From NCBI RefSeq assembly GCF_041146345.1, contig NW_027191419.1, positions 372,001 through 436,000 on the forward strand: 64,000 nucleotides of DNA. The letters are read 5' to 3'. Each line of letters begins with the position of its first letter. Position 1 is the stretch's first letter. The notes below the pieces were generated by a model that was not told where the DNA came from, did no database searches, and worked only from the letters and a program-made list of their open reading frames with translations. The translations under genes and the position numbers were made by a program. This document shows positions 23,015-37,094 of this stretch, in pieces. This DNA comes from Neodothiora populina (Eukaryota).

Positions 23015-25954
23015 TGCCTTTTGGAAAAGTGTCGACCTTAAGTTGCGATTATAAAGGTGGTGTTATAGTCCAGTGTACATTCTGTACTCTTGACCACGGA
23101 AGCTAGATGTACAATTGCGCTAGGCACTTATTCATGTATACTGCAGTAACGAAAGTATGAACTCCTCAAGCTTGTATGGCTTTGAATGTATAATAGTGCT
23201 CGGTCAGGTATGATACAGCTGCTGCTTTGCGCACTTGACAAGGAGTGGGGCCCAGGGCACATATGTAGCGTCGAACTTCCTTACTGTATATTAAAGAGGA
23301 AAGAGGTCTGGCCCATGCATGTTGTGCAGACCACAACGGAGGATGAGCTTCTACTCTTGAAAGGTTCACTTGTGCCTCAGAGTTCTGGGCGAGCCTGACC
23401 AAATCTAACTGGAGACGTGCACACCGACCATGTGACGAAAGACCTGGATCTTAGTCTCGACTTTAGTCGCGACTATCCGGCATCCAGCGAGATCATACAA
23501 CGGTTGATGCCTGGCAGGCGCGATGATGATGCGGGAACAAGTCGCGCCTGGCTGCACAGACATGTTGGAACAGGTGAGTGAAGGGATTCCCGCCAATTGA
23601 ACAAGGCACAACCGCCGGCAGACTTGTGGCTGGATGCTAAGGAAAGACAATGGCGGCGTAGATCACTTTGGGTGCCAACTCGGCCTAAACGCCACGGCGC
23701 GGTGTAATGATTTCACCTTTTCTGAACTTCGGCATCCTCACTGCCAACATTAAGGCTTGGACCGAGGCCGCAATGACTTCCACGTGGAGCCTGCGTGACG
23801 GTGAGAGCCATCCGGAAGTCTTTCTCTGCTGAGAAAATGTTCTGGCACCAATCACTGTTTGCAAGCTTCTCTTACCAGTGGCCATTGCATAAGTTTTCCA
23901 AACATAAATTAGGAGGCTCATCCGCGCACATCCAGCACCTGCTTTCCCTGAACCGTATTGCTTAGCATCATCGATTGATCTGCGTTTCACGACTCGACAA
24001 CACTCCACATTTCGTGGTGTGCACAGCACTCCAAAGGGACCTTGTCGGAAGTACCCCAAACGTTATCGCTGCGAAGTGCAAGCCCACCCTGTGAATCTTG
24101 GACTTTTTTTGTACTTGTACCCATATCCGTATATTGCCGGTCAAGCGGCTTCGACAATGCTTCCAGACTATGGGCTCTGTTATACTACAGTACTTGGGCT
24201 CCTCTGCCCCTCCCGCCTTTCAAAGAAGATCTATTGCGGCTCTAGTGGCTCAATGAACCAAATTTGGAGCCGCTTAGCCACCAACGAGCTGATTGGAAGG
24301 ATCACGAAAACAGATTTAGCAGATCCAGAGTGAGGCAAGGGAGCCAACAATGATGTAAACTGAGCATTCTTGTGGCGGTATGGCAGGTCACTCTAGTACA
24401 GAACAAAACCAGATTTCGAGAAGCCTTCCGTTGAGAAGTCCGGACGTTATTGTTAATCTTGCAGCTGAGGCAGGGTGAGCCGGGATCATCAAGGTTAAAA
24501 GCTGCCGTAACTCAATCTAACGTGGTTTGCTTGGGAGGACAAGAACAACTGTATATGGACAGATATTTTTGACAGGCCACTTGACGTGGGTCGAATTGAC
24601 CATTGTACGGGACAGGTAGAAAGTCAAATTAAATTGCAAAAGCCACCGCAGCCAACAGGTGCCGATCGCAAGGACGACTGATCGAGGCAACGCATGTAGA
24701 GCCGTGGTCTATTAACCATGAGTTCCCTGTAATCAATAGGAGTCAATTCAGATACTGTGGTACTTTAACGCAACCTACCTTAGTGCAGCGCTGGTGTCCA
24801 TGCTTGACCAACGACCGTCTTGGCATATCTAGCGCCAAGGTGAGGACCTCATCCCCTGCATTTTGCAGGTGAAAGTGAGAAAGAATGCGTGTGTATCGCA
24901 TCTGGGTATGTATTCCTACGAACTGCAGTGAATGTAGAGAAAGTCTACTTTGGGATTGCAGATCCAAATCAAAATCCTTTAGATTGGGTGGAAACACTTC
25001 GCACGAAAGTACAGTATCCACGCTCCGCTTTTCCCTCGAGGATTGCTGTCTTACGTACTCAATTTTATTGATTTTCCAATTGGCCTACTCAACAAAGACG
25101 AGTATCAGGAGACATTTGCTAGCCTCAGAGGCGTCCATGCACGGAGTTTTGCGCTTTCGCGGTTCTCGAAGCACGCGATCTAGACATGGCTCGGATGTCG
25201 AGCGTTTGAGACCAGCATGGAAGCCACTCTAGTCGACGCTAAAAAGCCGCTGGTGTTGAAACGCGCGGAATGCTTGATCGAACAATGGCGTTATTCCTCT
25301 ATGGTCGAAATGCTGTCACATGCAGGACTACCAACCTGCATTTATATTCCTGAGGGGGAGAGACTAAGTATAGCCATTGGCGGAGAACAGATTTCGAGAT
25401 CAATGCTAGTACCACATCCAGGAAATCGCCCCTACACATACAGCACACACGACCAACCAAAGTCCCGACCGGCACTTCCGATAAGTGGGACTTCGGAAAT
25501 TCTCGCTCATTGGGTTATACTGTATGACCGGATAGATGGATAGACGAGTTTTCATCATAGGGCAGACCCCGGACAAAGACACGTTGTTTAGGTTTAGACT
25601 CGAATATGGGTAAACGACGGTTCGAAAAAAGGGCATAACTCGGACAAGCCTCCACCCCGCGGAGTTTAGTAGCGTAATGCTGCCCCATGCGTTATTACAA
25701 TTGAAAATAGACTACAGTTTGTGGATACAGGGATGGGGTTCTGGAGTCATCGCGGTGATGCCTGAAGCTCCCAGACACCTTGATATCGACAGACCGCCCC
25801 GGTGACACGACCGTGAGGCTTGAGCCACCATGAGCATGTCACGTACCTTGTGCTTTTGTTGTTGCGCTGAAACATCTGATCTCGGTGATCATGTTGATCC
25901 CGATCATTGCGTTACCCGTCAAGGGCTGGGCGCAGTCGCACAGGTCATGACCTT

Positions 25955-27922
25955 TTACCATTTCTGTACCTCACCTGGCTGTGCTCTGACCACCTTGTCG
26001 CAGTTCAGTAGGCACAATGGGTCAAACGCCTGCTTCATCTGTGCAACCCATGTCAGTTGTCGTTTTGTCTGTTAGGGGGAGCGGATGGCTCGATACCTTT
26101 CTCATCAAGTCAACGGTGGTAGTCCCGAGCTCGTGTTCCAGATAGTCTCTCTTCACTAGACCAACACCATGTTCACCGGTGGCAGTACCTTCCATCTCGA
26201 TGGCTCTTTTGACCATTTGGTGTACCAGCTCCTCGGCCAGGTCATACTCCTTGTCACTGTACAGGAGAATTGCTGCCTGTGGTTAGTTCATTGCTATGAA
26301 ACGCAACATCGAGGTAGACTCACTGTGAAAGTTGCCATCGCCGACATGGCCAACGATTGCGCCGGTGAGACCGCTACGGCTCACTGCGTCCTTGGTCTCC
26401 TCGACGATGTCAGCCAAGCGCGAGATGGGTACAGCAACGTCAGTCGTCCAAACATGGTCGCCATCGTTCTTTCTCTTGGCCATGACACTCCAGAGAGCCT
26501 CTTTCCTTGCGCTCCATAGTTCGTCTGCTTCATCCTTGGTCTTGGCGAATTCGAAAGTGCGACTTCCTTCACCGCGTGCAAGCTTCTGGACCATTGCGAT
26601 GTGCTCTTTCACGCTGGCGGGGGTTCCGCTGAACTTGAAGAACAGAGTTGGGGCTTCTTTCCATGAACGTGAGGTTTGTCCTGCGTCATTGATACAGCGC
26701 ATCTGTACGTCGTCGAGAAGTTCAATGGCGGCGATTGGTACGCCCGCACCGACGACCTTGAAGACGGCATTTGCAGCTGATCTGACTGTATCGAAAGTGC
26801 AAACGGCTACGCTGATGTTCTGCGGTTTGACTGTGACTTTGAGTGTCGCCTCGGTGACGAGACCAAGAGTGCCCTCACTTCCCACGAAGACCCTCGTAAG
26901 ATCGTATCCCGCGGAAGACTTGCGAGGTCTCTGTTTTGTCTTGACGATGGTACCATCAGCGAGCACGACAGTAAGACCTAGCACCCATTCCTTCATTGTG
27001 CCGTAACGATAAGCATTTGTACCGCTGCATCCGGTTCCCACCATGCCGCCAATCATGGCACCCGGGCCTGGATCGGGGGGGAAGAACAAGCCCTGTTGCC
27101 CGAGTTCTTCATTTAGTAGTTCCCATCCCACAGCCGGCTGTACCACAACGTCCAAGTCGTCTTTGTGAAGGTGTAAGATCTTGTCCATGCGGCTGAAGTC
27201 GACGCAGATGCCTCCCTTTGTTGCTGCAAAATGACCTTCCAAGCTGGTACCACCCGAGTAGGCAGTTACTGGTATGCGCCGTCTATGGCATATCTTCATA
27301 ATCTCACTGACTTCCTCGGTGGTCGCAGGCTTGACGATCAGGAAGGGACGGTCCTCTGGTAATGAAGGATGCGAGCTCCACTCGGAACCCGAGTGGGATG
27401 CCAATTCGGACGCTTCAGTGGAAAGATTTTCCTGGCCAACGATATCTCGGAAGTCTGCCCATGCAGCTTCGAGGTTGGTAGGGGCGATGTTGTGGGAAGG
27501 AGGCTGTGTCGTGGAGAGCGGAGCCGTAGACGTCGCCGGCGGTGCAGCGGGTTTTTGGCGGCCGAGCATGTAGCCACCGACAACACCCGTCAATAGAACT
27601 ACGCTGCAGTCAGCAACTGGAGAGATATCAAGAGGACAGCCGCCTTACCCAATGGCGCAACCCATGCTGGTGCACCATTACCAGCACCGCGCTTTTGTGA
27701 TTCTCGAATGCTGGCAAAGCGTGCCTGGTCTGCTCTTTCTCTTTGCAAGCGCTGGTGGGTGCTGTCGTATAACTGGCCCTTGAATGAAGGCTTATCCCCG
27801 GACTCAGAGGCGTATGCTCGCCGACCAGGCCGTAGTCCGGAGCGGATGCATGGCGACCTGTTCACACAGCGAAGGAGCTGTGGACTCTCGCAGTTTGACA
27901 GTCGAGAGAGAGAGCGAGACAT
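25955..27922 (-). CDS. DLD1: Mitochondrial D-lactate dehydrogenase (cytochrome), FAD-linked; 3 introns
   Basis: Arg-rich presequence; GGTSLEGH, FFPPDPGPGAMIGGM, RKSSAGYDLT, GSEGTLG, GHVGDGNFH, TGEHGVG, AFDPLCLLNCDKV. Confidence 0.93.
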
Positions 27923-29644
27923 GGATTGGTCGATATGGATTAGTCTGTGTTGTCCCTGTCGAGTTGAGACACGATGGTCTCGGTGCAATTGTTGCAAGTA
28001 ACGAGAGTGGCTATCTCACTCGTATACTCCGGACAGTATATAATTTATGTTCCACCGTGAGACGTACTGTACAGGAAATAATAATTGCTCGGTAAGCTCG
28101 ACTTGAAAACCGGCGGACAGAAGAATGCGGGGGAGGCACTGGATTTGTCGGAAGTTACCTTCTTCCCTAAATCCGACACTACCGAATTGGTTACATTACA
28201 GGCATGTAGCGGCATTGCACGTCCGGCAAGTCTGATGGTGTCCGCCCTGTAGACGTCTTGTGTACGGATGCAATCACTAAGGTCTCAACGGGCTTCGCCA
28301 TTGTTTAGGATTCAGACGATAAAGCGGGGAGCATACTACCATGTGTACGATGTGTGGTTCTGAAGTGAAGGTTGAACAAGGTGTTCTCTGGAAACTGGGT
28401 AACGCAGCTACGAGTCCTTTGGAGAGCGATACCGCGTGATGCAACTCTTATGCGTCTTCTGATGGCAGCAATAAGCGTACATTCAAGAGGCAGTTGCGGC
28501 GAAAGACGTGGCCGAAAGCACTCGATTACAGTGGTCATAAGGAGGGGGACCCTGTCCACAAGGTCCTATCACTGGGCGTTCCGAGCCAGGTAATGCTGGT
28601 GGCACGTGGGCCTGCCTATTGGATGTTTCAAGGACAGCGTGAGCTGATGTTGACGGGGTTCAGCGTATCAAGCCGCTATAGGGGAGATGATAGCCGTTCT
28701 CGAAGGCGTGGATGATACTAACGAAGCGTTATACACGGGTGAAGGACATGATCATGCGGCGAGTAAGGTATACGTCCTGCCACTCCCCGTTTCTTCACAC
28801 GTCGGACTGGTCTGTCAGAATGGCAAGCAATGCACATGCCGACCGAAGCTTGGCGCAGCGGATCCATACTGAGGGTGCAGTACCTGTGAGGAAACGTAAG
28901 GTACAGTAGCAGGAGATCTGAATGCCTCTATACAGTAAATGCAGCAACAATCACTGTAGAGCCCGGTTCATAAGCGCTTGGCATACGGTATGTTCACTGT
29001 AGATCCATCGGCGATAGTATCGCCGGTTGTTACCGAACACAAGAGATTATCAGTAAGGATCTATGAGCCAAGTGACGATTCCACCATACCTGTGAGTTAT
29101 GATTCGACAATCTATCTCAGCCCTCGCCGCCCCGAGGGTTTGTGCACCGTGTACGAAGGCAGAGCCGAGCTAGAGTCGCTGCATTCCCCGCGTCCTTTCT
29201 GATTATATTACCGTATGTTCACTGTACGATTGTTGCAATACCACACGTCTGCCCTGCGTCATGTCACGATAACCCCAGAGTCGAGGACAGGGAGATACAG
29301 CATCTACCTCAACCATCAGATCCAGCAAGGGGAGGCTGATCACTGGCGTCGTCGACTGTTGGTAACCTGGATCGTATGTCCCATCGTGCACCAAAGCTTG
29401 TTAGACGATATACCGGGTGTGATTCGTCAATGGTCGTCGTCTGACATGTCCACAGGTACACAAGGTCCGGGGCACAGTCCGTCCAGACCAAACCCTAAAG
29501 GCTGCTTTCACCTTCACCCACAGCGGTTGCGCTTGGAGATTCTGCCCAGCAAAAAAGGACCGGAGACTAGATAGAAACTATGCAGAGCCAATCCTGAACG
29601 CGCCGCAGGGGACACATTGGAGTCAACGTTGACTGTTCTTTTTC

Positions 29645-32600
29645 ATGAATAGTCCCAGTCCCGACTCCATCCCGTGCAATAACACTGGAGAATGTCATCG
29701 AGGGGAAGCGGGAGAGGAAGACGACGAAGACATTCAGCGGCAACAGCAAGAACAACAACAATATCAGCATTCTAGTTGTCGTCATCAGCATCAACACCCT
29801 CCTTGTCAGCCTCGGCAACAACATCAGTCGCAGCCTCAACGACGACAGCGACGACGACGACGACCACATTCGAGCCCGTGTCTGGACTCAAGCGCGCCTT
29901 CGAATCAATCACTAATACGCGCACGTCGAGAGGAGGAGGCGGAAGCGGAATCAGAGAAGAATCAGGAAGGAGCAGAAGAACAAGGAGGACAACAAGGCCG
30001 ACAAGGACAACGACGACGAGAATCCCCCGACTTCATCAATCGCAGCCGCGTTGAAAGAGCATCACATCCGCCTCCGTCTTCGCCTCCTGCCGCTGCTGCC
30101 TCTTCGCCTCCCGACTTGGCCTCGGCTTCGGTTGAATTCGTGCGACAGAAGCAATCGATAGCGCTATATCCACAGGATGCGTCCATGACAAGCGCTCCTT
30201 CCACCTCAAATATCCCTGGCAGTGTCGAGTCGCAGTCCTCTCCCCCTTCCAGAAGCCCTCCTGTCGCCTCCACTTCTCGTGATCCAGCTTCAGAGTCGCC
30301 GCTACAACATTCCTTATCCCCCTCCCAAAGGCGAGTCCCCCCTCAGCCGTCTACCTCGAGCCCTGTTTCCGGCCGCATATACACTCCTTCGACCACTCTG
30401 GGGAAACGTGGTGCACAATCGTCCGCATCTCCTCATTCGCCGCACACACCCGGCTCCGAGCCACTGCACAAGAAACCTCGACTGCTGCCCCAATCCAGGC
30501 ATACACTCGAACGCTTCTCCTTCGCAGGTCCCTCTATCGAACGGCAACAACCACCGTCTCCACTTTTCTTCTCTCATTCCCCCCATCTCAGACCTCAACT
30601 ACCCCCACGCTTCTCCTCCTCAGAGGCCGGCGCTAAGATGTTGAGCAAAGTCAAGAGCGAGGATAACCATGTCAAGACCGTCACCCTGGCAAGAGGCACT
30701 GTGGCCGCCACTCCGGGCCCCACAAGCGCTCCGGTCTTTAACCTTCTCGATAGGTCGAGTCTGATGAGATCAGTCTCTCCCGATTACTCGACACGGAGTG
30801 ATGGCCTACAAACGCCTCTCGGCAGCATTGGAGTGACAGAGCTGTTGGAGCAAGATGATCGGCCTACAATGATAGTGGATCTCGGCGATTCCTCCCATGC
30901 CCGGGCACCATATATCCGTCCTGTCTTTGTCAACGCGTCCTTGCGCTCGAGTCCTGCTCTGCTCGCTTCACTTTGCGGCACTGCACAAGAACCCTCCCCA
31001 GATGACTCGCCAATGAGTCCATTCCAGCAGTTCAGAGCTTGGCTGCTCCCGTCGGCTGGGAATCCCGATTCTCCTCAACTCGTCCCGCAGCAATTTTCCC
31101 TTGCCGGCATTACGTGGCATGCCTCGACCCTGCGAAGGAGGTTCAAGGTCGTGAGCGGTACGCCTCGAGACTACAAGTTTTCCACCAATAGCGCTTCCTC
31201 ACAAAGTGGAGCATCAGGAGTGTTTGCGAACACCTCGGTCACTCCCGTTCTTCCCTCGCAGCAAGTTGGAGCTGCAAGCATAGATGAGCCCCAGGATTAC
31301 TTTGGCGAAACTGCTGCCTCTTATCCTCCTGCAACCAAGGATGCTGCGGCATCCAATTCTGCTGTCACATCCCCTAGCGTTGTCATACCCACCACAGAGG
31401 CAGCAGATACCAACGCTGTGATGCCAAGCGACGTCCTCGGCTCTCAGTCCAGCTCCATGCTTGCAAAAGGTGTCATATCGCCCTCGAGTCTGGCTGATCC
31501 TGTGGCGAAGCTCTCTCCGTTTGACACCATCATGTCCCCACGCACATCCACAGGATTTGATGCCACAATCGACTCTTCACCCGCCATCATTGAAGGACCG
31601 TCTTATGATTGGACGCGTCTGCCGGCCTCGGACACAATGCCAGAACACGTTCAATTCGCCAGGGGAATAGATTGGGCCAACACTGCGCTTGGGCCTATAG
31701 AAACGTGGAGCGCGGATCTGAGGCAGATGTGCAATCTGATCATGGCTAGTCCACACCCTGCTGCGATGTATTGGGGCGAAGAGCTCATCGCGATATACAA
31801 CGAGGCCTACATATTGTTAGCTGTAAGTCTTTGCGCCACGTGAGAGATGATCATCGACAGCTGAATAATATGCACAGGGCCAAAAACATCCGAAACTAAT
31901 GGGGCAGAGCTACAAAGAGGCATGGGCCGAGATCTGGTCTGACGTGGAAGGAGTCTTCGCAAACGCCATGGACACTGGTGAAGCAACAATGAAGGACGAT
32001 GACCGCTTGTTCATGATGCGCAACAGCTTCCTTGAGGAGACTTACTTCTCGTGGTCTATCATACCCCTGGTCGGTGGTGATGGTCGTGTAAAAGGTCTTT
32101 ATAACCCGGCTTTCGAAAAGACTCGGAGGAAGTTGGCCGAGAGGCGTATGCTTACACTCAGGGAAATCGGTGAACGCACAGCCTCTGCGAGAGATGTCAA
32201 GGCTTTCTGGGGCCAGGTGCTCGCTGCGCTCGAGATGAATGAATATGACACACCGTAAGTCCCAAGCAAAGACTTCTTCGAGGCTATATAGCTGCGCATT
32301 GCAGAGCTGGGATGGTCGATCACCCTGCTGGCATTACGAAGATGGTTGCTGATCACAATAATTTGTATAGGTTTGTCCTGTTGTACTCGGTATCAGACGA
32401 AGCGGACAGCGACACGTCCTCGATGCACTCGAATAGCGTGGTATCGTCCTCGAAACAATGTATCCTGGAAGGCACTCTCGGGGTTCCCGAGGGCCACCGC
32501 GCCGCTCCTACCTCCATTGATCTCGGGAGCGGCACAGCCGGTTTCGGACCGGTCTTCCGAGAGGTCATGAAGACGGTGAAACCTGTCTTGCTCGAAGTCG

Positions 32601-35091
32601 GGTCGCGCGATCTACCTCCGAACCTTGTCGCTGGTCTACACTCGCGAGGCTTCGGCGATCCATGCCAAGGTGTCGTCGTCTGCCCTATCCACCCAACCAC
32701 AGGCGAGTCCGTCCTCGGATTCTTGGTCGTGGGTGTCAATCCTCGTCGGCCCTATGACGAAGACTACAGCCTGTTTGTGCAACTCCTCAGCCGTCAGCTT
32801 GCCACATCATTGGCGTCTGTGGTGCTGTTTGAGGAGGAGATCCGTCGGGGCCAGAGAGCTGCCAGGCTCGCTGCGCTAGACAGGATGGAGTTGTCCGAGC
32901 AGCTGGCTGCGCGAACTCAAGAAGCCATCGAGAGTGAAACCAAATTTACTCGTATGGCCGAGTTTGCTCCTGTAGGCATGTTCATCGCAAACCCCGAGGG
33001 TAAGATCATATACTGCAACAAAACCTGGTTCGACATTTCCAGGGCCAGCGGCTCTCGTGACAACAACACTCCTGATGATCACTGGATGGACGCAGTCAAA
33101 GACGAAGACAGGGATTTGGTCAACGCTCTCTGGCGCGACATCATCATTGAGAAAGAGCCGCGAACGGGAAGTTTCAGGTTCAAGGAGCCCTGGGAGGATA
33201 GCCACGGCGTGCCGGGCGAGCGCTGGGTGCTCTTCTCCGTTTACCCTGAGAAATATCAAAATGGCGCGCTCAAGAGCGTGTTTGGCAGTTTGACAGACAT
33301 CAGCAAGCAGAAATGGGCGGAAGACTTCCAAAAACGCAAAATGGAAGAGGCCGTGGAGCTGAAGAAGAGCTTGGAGAAGTTTGTCGACATGACGTCTCAC
33401 GAAATGCGCAATCCTCTGTCGGCGATATTACAGTGCGCCGACGATATCACTAATACCATGACACGTTTACAGACGCATTACGAGGAACGAGGTTATGATA
33501 CTCCATATTCTGGCAACAACGGCAAGGAATCCCTCAAAGATGCCGTCCTTTCTGTCATTGACAGTAGTCAGACCATAACGCTGTGCTCGCAGCATCAGGT
33601 AAGCAGACAATGTGTAACAATATTGAACCCTCATTGCCCTTGCTGACCTCTCTCTTCCTCGAAATCAGAAACGTATCGTAGACGATGTCTTGACGCTCTC
33701 GAAACTCGATTCGCAATTACTACTGGTGACACCGGTCGATGCGCAACCCCTACGTCTCGTCGAAAACGCCTTGAAGATGCACGAGGGAGAGTTGAAAACG
33801 GCAGATATACAGCTCAAATTTGTTATTGACCCGTCATACAAAGCTCTAGGAGTGGGCTGGGTTAGATTCGATCCTTCGCGCGTCCTACAAGTCTTGATCA
33901 ATCTCACCACCAACGCCATCAAATTCACAACAATGGAACGCAAGCGCACTATCACGGTGACGATCGGCGCATCTCTAAGTCAGCCTTCCAAAGCAGAGAA
34001 AAGGGTAGTAAACTACTTCCCTACGCGACGGAAGAGCTCAGGTCCCGTTGATGACAAGGACTGGGGAACCGGCGAAGAGATCTATATCCATTTCTCCGTC
34101 CAAGACACCGGTCGAGGTTTGGACGCCGAAGAGAAGAAAATGCTCTTCCTCCGATTCTCTCAAGCTTCGCCAAGAACACACGTCCAGTATGGTGGGAGTG
34201 GCTTGGGCTTGTGGATCAGTAGAGAACTCTGCGAGCTGCAAGGTGGCGAGATAGGGGTTGAGTCTGAAGCTGGTGTGGGCAGTACCTTTGCGTTCTATGT
34301 CAAGGCAAGACGCACAGCACCGCCAACGGATAACAAGTATGATGGTCGAACAAGAGTGTATGCATCATCGACGACAAGGAACCCTGCTGCAGACAAGCAA
34401 GCGATAGCTGAGGCGACCCCAGCGAAATCGCCTCTCAAAGTTTTGGTATGTCAACGTACTTTCCCTACCGAGCTTTGACAGAGCACTAACGAAGCGCAGA
34501 TCGTCGAGGACAACCTTGTGAACCAACGAGTTATGGCAAAGCAGCTGAAGAATCTTGGCTGCATTGTATACACTGTGAGTGTGCGCGGGTGACCTTCTTA
34601 TTGATCATGTTGACTCAGTTGTATTTCTTTCAGGCGAACCACGGAGGAGAAGCTTTGGACGTCCTAGCCAAGTCGACGTATTGGAATCACGGCACAAACC
34701 CCAAGGTCCCAGTGGCCGAGCGAATCGAGCTCAGCGTCGTGCTCATGGACCAAGAGATGGTATGTGGATTCTTCTTTGGCCAATTATTCTGACAGATACT
34801 GACCTTCTCCCAGCCTGTCATGGACGGTCTCACTTGCACCAGAAAAATCAGAGAGCTAGAGAGATCTGGTGAAATGCTAAAGGTGAATATCGCCACCCCG
34901 AAGTCCTCACACGCATTGCTGACATCGTGAAATAGCATGTTCCTATCATCGCAGTGACAGCCAACGCCAGAAGTGAACAGATCGAGACTGCCTTGCAGGC
35001 CGGTCTCGATGCAGTGCAGCCCAAACCGTTCCGCATCCCGGAGCTCATGGAGCGCATGACAGAGCTTTGTGCAAAGATGGGCGTCGATTGA
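29645..35091 (+). CDS. Hybrid sensor histidine kinase (PAS/GAF-like - PAS - HisKA - HATPase - receiver); about 7 introns; start may be ATG 30185
   Basis: H-box DMTSHEMRNPL, N-box INLTTNAIKFT, G boxes VQDTGRG and GGSGLGL. Receiver IVEDNLVN...LMDQEMPVMDG...AVTANAR...KP. Stop TGA 35089-35091. Confidence 0.93.
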
Positions 35092-35973
35092 GCCCATAAA
35101 GCCAGCGGAAAGGTCATGGTTGAACGAACTCCGAGTCATCGTCGAGTGAGTGCACTCGAACAAGTCCACACGAAGGAGATCAACGTCATCACAAAACAGT
35201 AATAGGCCTTGGGAGCCAGCATAGAGGACCATAGAAAGGCCGCGCCGGACAAGCCCACAGGACTGTTAGATTTCACGTTGTCCTTGCTGTTAACACATTT
35301 CAGCAGAAGTGGTATCTACGCTCGGTCATGACGAGCGGGTGTGCATTATGGGTATAGCACCACCGAGCATTGAGTATCAAAATGAAGAGTAATGAACTAC
35401 GTGCATCGTTTGTGAGCGAGTTTTGGATACCTCCGTCATATAATACGACGAAGCCTCCGTAGCATGACGAGACAATCCCGTACTACGGTACTGTACTTCC
35501 ACCATACTCCTTACATTCGCGTCTATATTTATATCCACTGCCGTTGATCAAGGCTAGCTGGTGACTGTACCAGAGAGTCTCGGCCAGCGCAATCTGAAGC
35601 CGCGCATACATGCATGATGCATACGTGAATGCATACACAAGGCATATAACACCTTACCATACCCTACTGTACGGCTATATATAAGATATGCAACAGCAAA
35701 ACATGTACTATACGTGTCGCATGGCTTGCTAGCCGGCCACCTACCTCTGTCCTTTACCTTAAGGTAAGGTACCGTGCAGGCAAGCAAAGCACACGCGAAG
35801 TGGTAAAGGTACAGTAAAACAGTCCCAACCCTTCCCTTTCCCCCCAACACACGCATACGCATATAGTAAAGTACAAGTACAGACAGGGCAAGTCTCCAGA
35901 GGCGCAAACAACGTCAAACGAACGCCGCGCCCAGCCACCACGACGTCCGCCGCCGCTGCCCCCCCGCCAGCCC

Positions 35974-35999
35974 GCCGCGCCGCGCCGCGCCGCGCCGCG
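35974..35999. repeat. (GCCGC)5 pentanucleotide microsatellite in a GC-rich intergenic patch
   Basis: gccgcgccgcgccgcgccgcgccgcg read directly. Confidence 0.85.
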
Positions 36000-37094
36000 T
36001 CTCAGCACGTCAGCACGTTGCAGGTCGCCAGCATGTCTTCGGAATATTATGCGGTACCTGCGTTGCTTTTGTCGCTGTGACATGTATTACGGGCTGTTCT
36101 GTGCAGTAAGTACAGGGGAGTGCAGTGGAGTCACAATGGGATCACTGCCCTTACAGTAGAGTCGTGAGGTTGTGCAGTGGATGTTGAGTATGCAGGTTCT
36201 TCTATGCTTGTGTTTTATGTGTTTGCGTCTTCGTCAGTAGGTATGATACGGTGGGGTTATCTCGTCTCCCGGTGGAATGGTGGGCGGGAATTACAAGGGC
36301 TGCTGCTGCTGCAAGGTACTGTTCGAAGTTCTACAGTACAACAGTAGGCAAGGTACGTAATCGAGTACCCAGCGGACGGGAGTGAACAGCGTACAGTGTC
36401 AGTATCCAGTATCAGGCAGGAAGAAGGAATTGGGAGAGGAAAACCGTTTTGCTGGAGGATTCGATCGCGTAAACAGTTACACGCACCCGCGTGGTGACCA
36501 ACCTTTACACCAACGGTGGTGAAAGATTAGCCTCTTCCTGCCATGCTACTGTCGTGGTCAGAGTACGATATAGTACAGCGAGTAGCGCGTGCGTACCCAC
36601 AAAACCCACCACCAAGTTTTTTTTTCTTTTTATATACTCTCGTGAACCCAGCCTTCACCTGTCCCCATTCCCTCCTGTGCTGTGCTGCAGGAACCAAACG
36701 TTGTCCTGCCTCTGCTGTGTGACGATCGCTACCTCCGAAGTTTCACGCTTTTCCGCCCCGCTGTAATTGCCCATAGCGCGCATGAGTGATCGATCACGAT
36801 GCTGATCTCATGTGCACACACACGCTACGCACTGTAGGCTATGTAATGTAGGTGGAGTGGTTTCCACTTCTACGCTTCTCGCTCTCTTCTCTCTTATGAT
36901 AAAGAGTTGCGGAAGTGCGTTACTTGTGATCACTTTGGCTTGTCTATCTCTCTCTCTCTCTCTCGCTCGCTCTTGCTCGTGCCTTTCATTTGCCGGTTCG
37001 CATTGAGATCAGAAGAACATAGTAATCCTTTCTACACTCGCTGAACTACAGGTCTCCCGAACGTTCGTTCCTACTTCTATTTGTATTAAAAATA

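Noticed and set aside
23100..25900. Short ORFs in the bZIP-DLD1 gap (e.g. 25217-25543)
   Set aside because: No motifs or codon bias; consistent with a long transcription-factor promoter.
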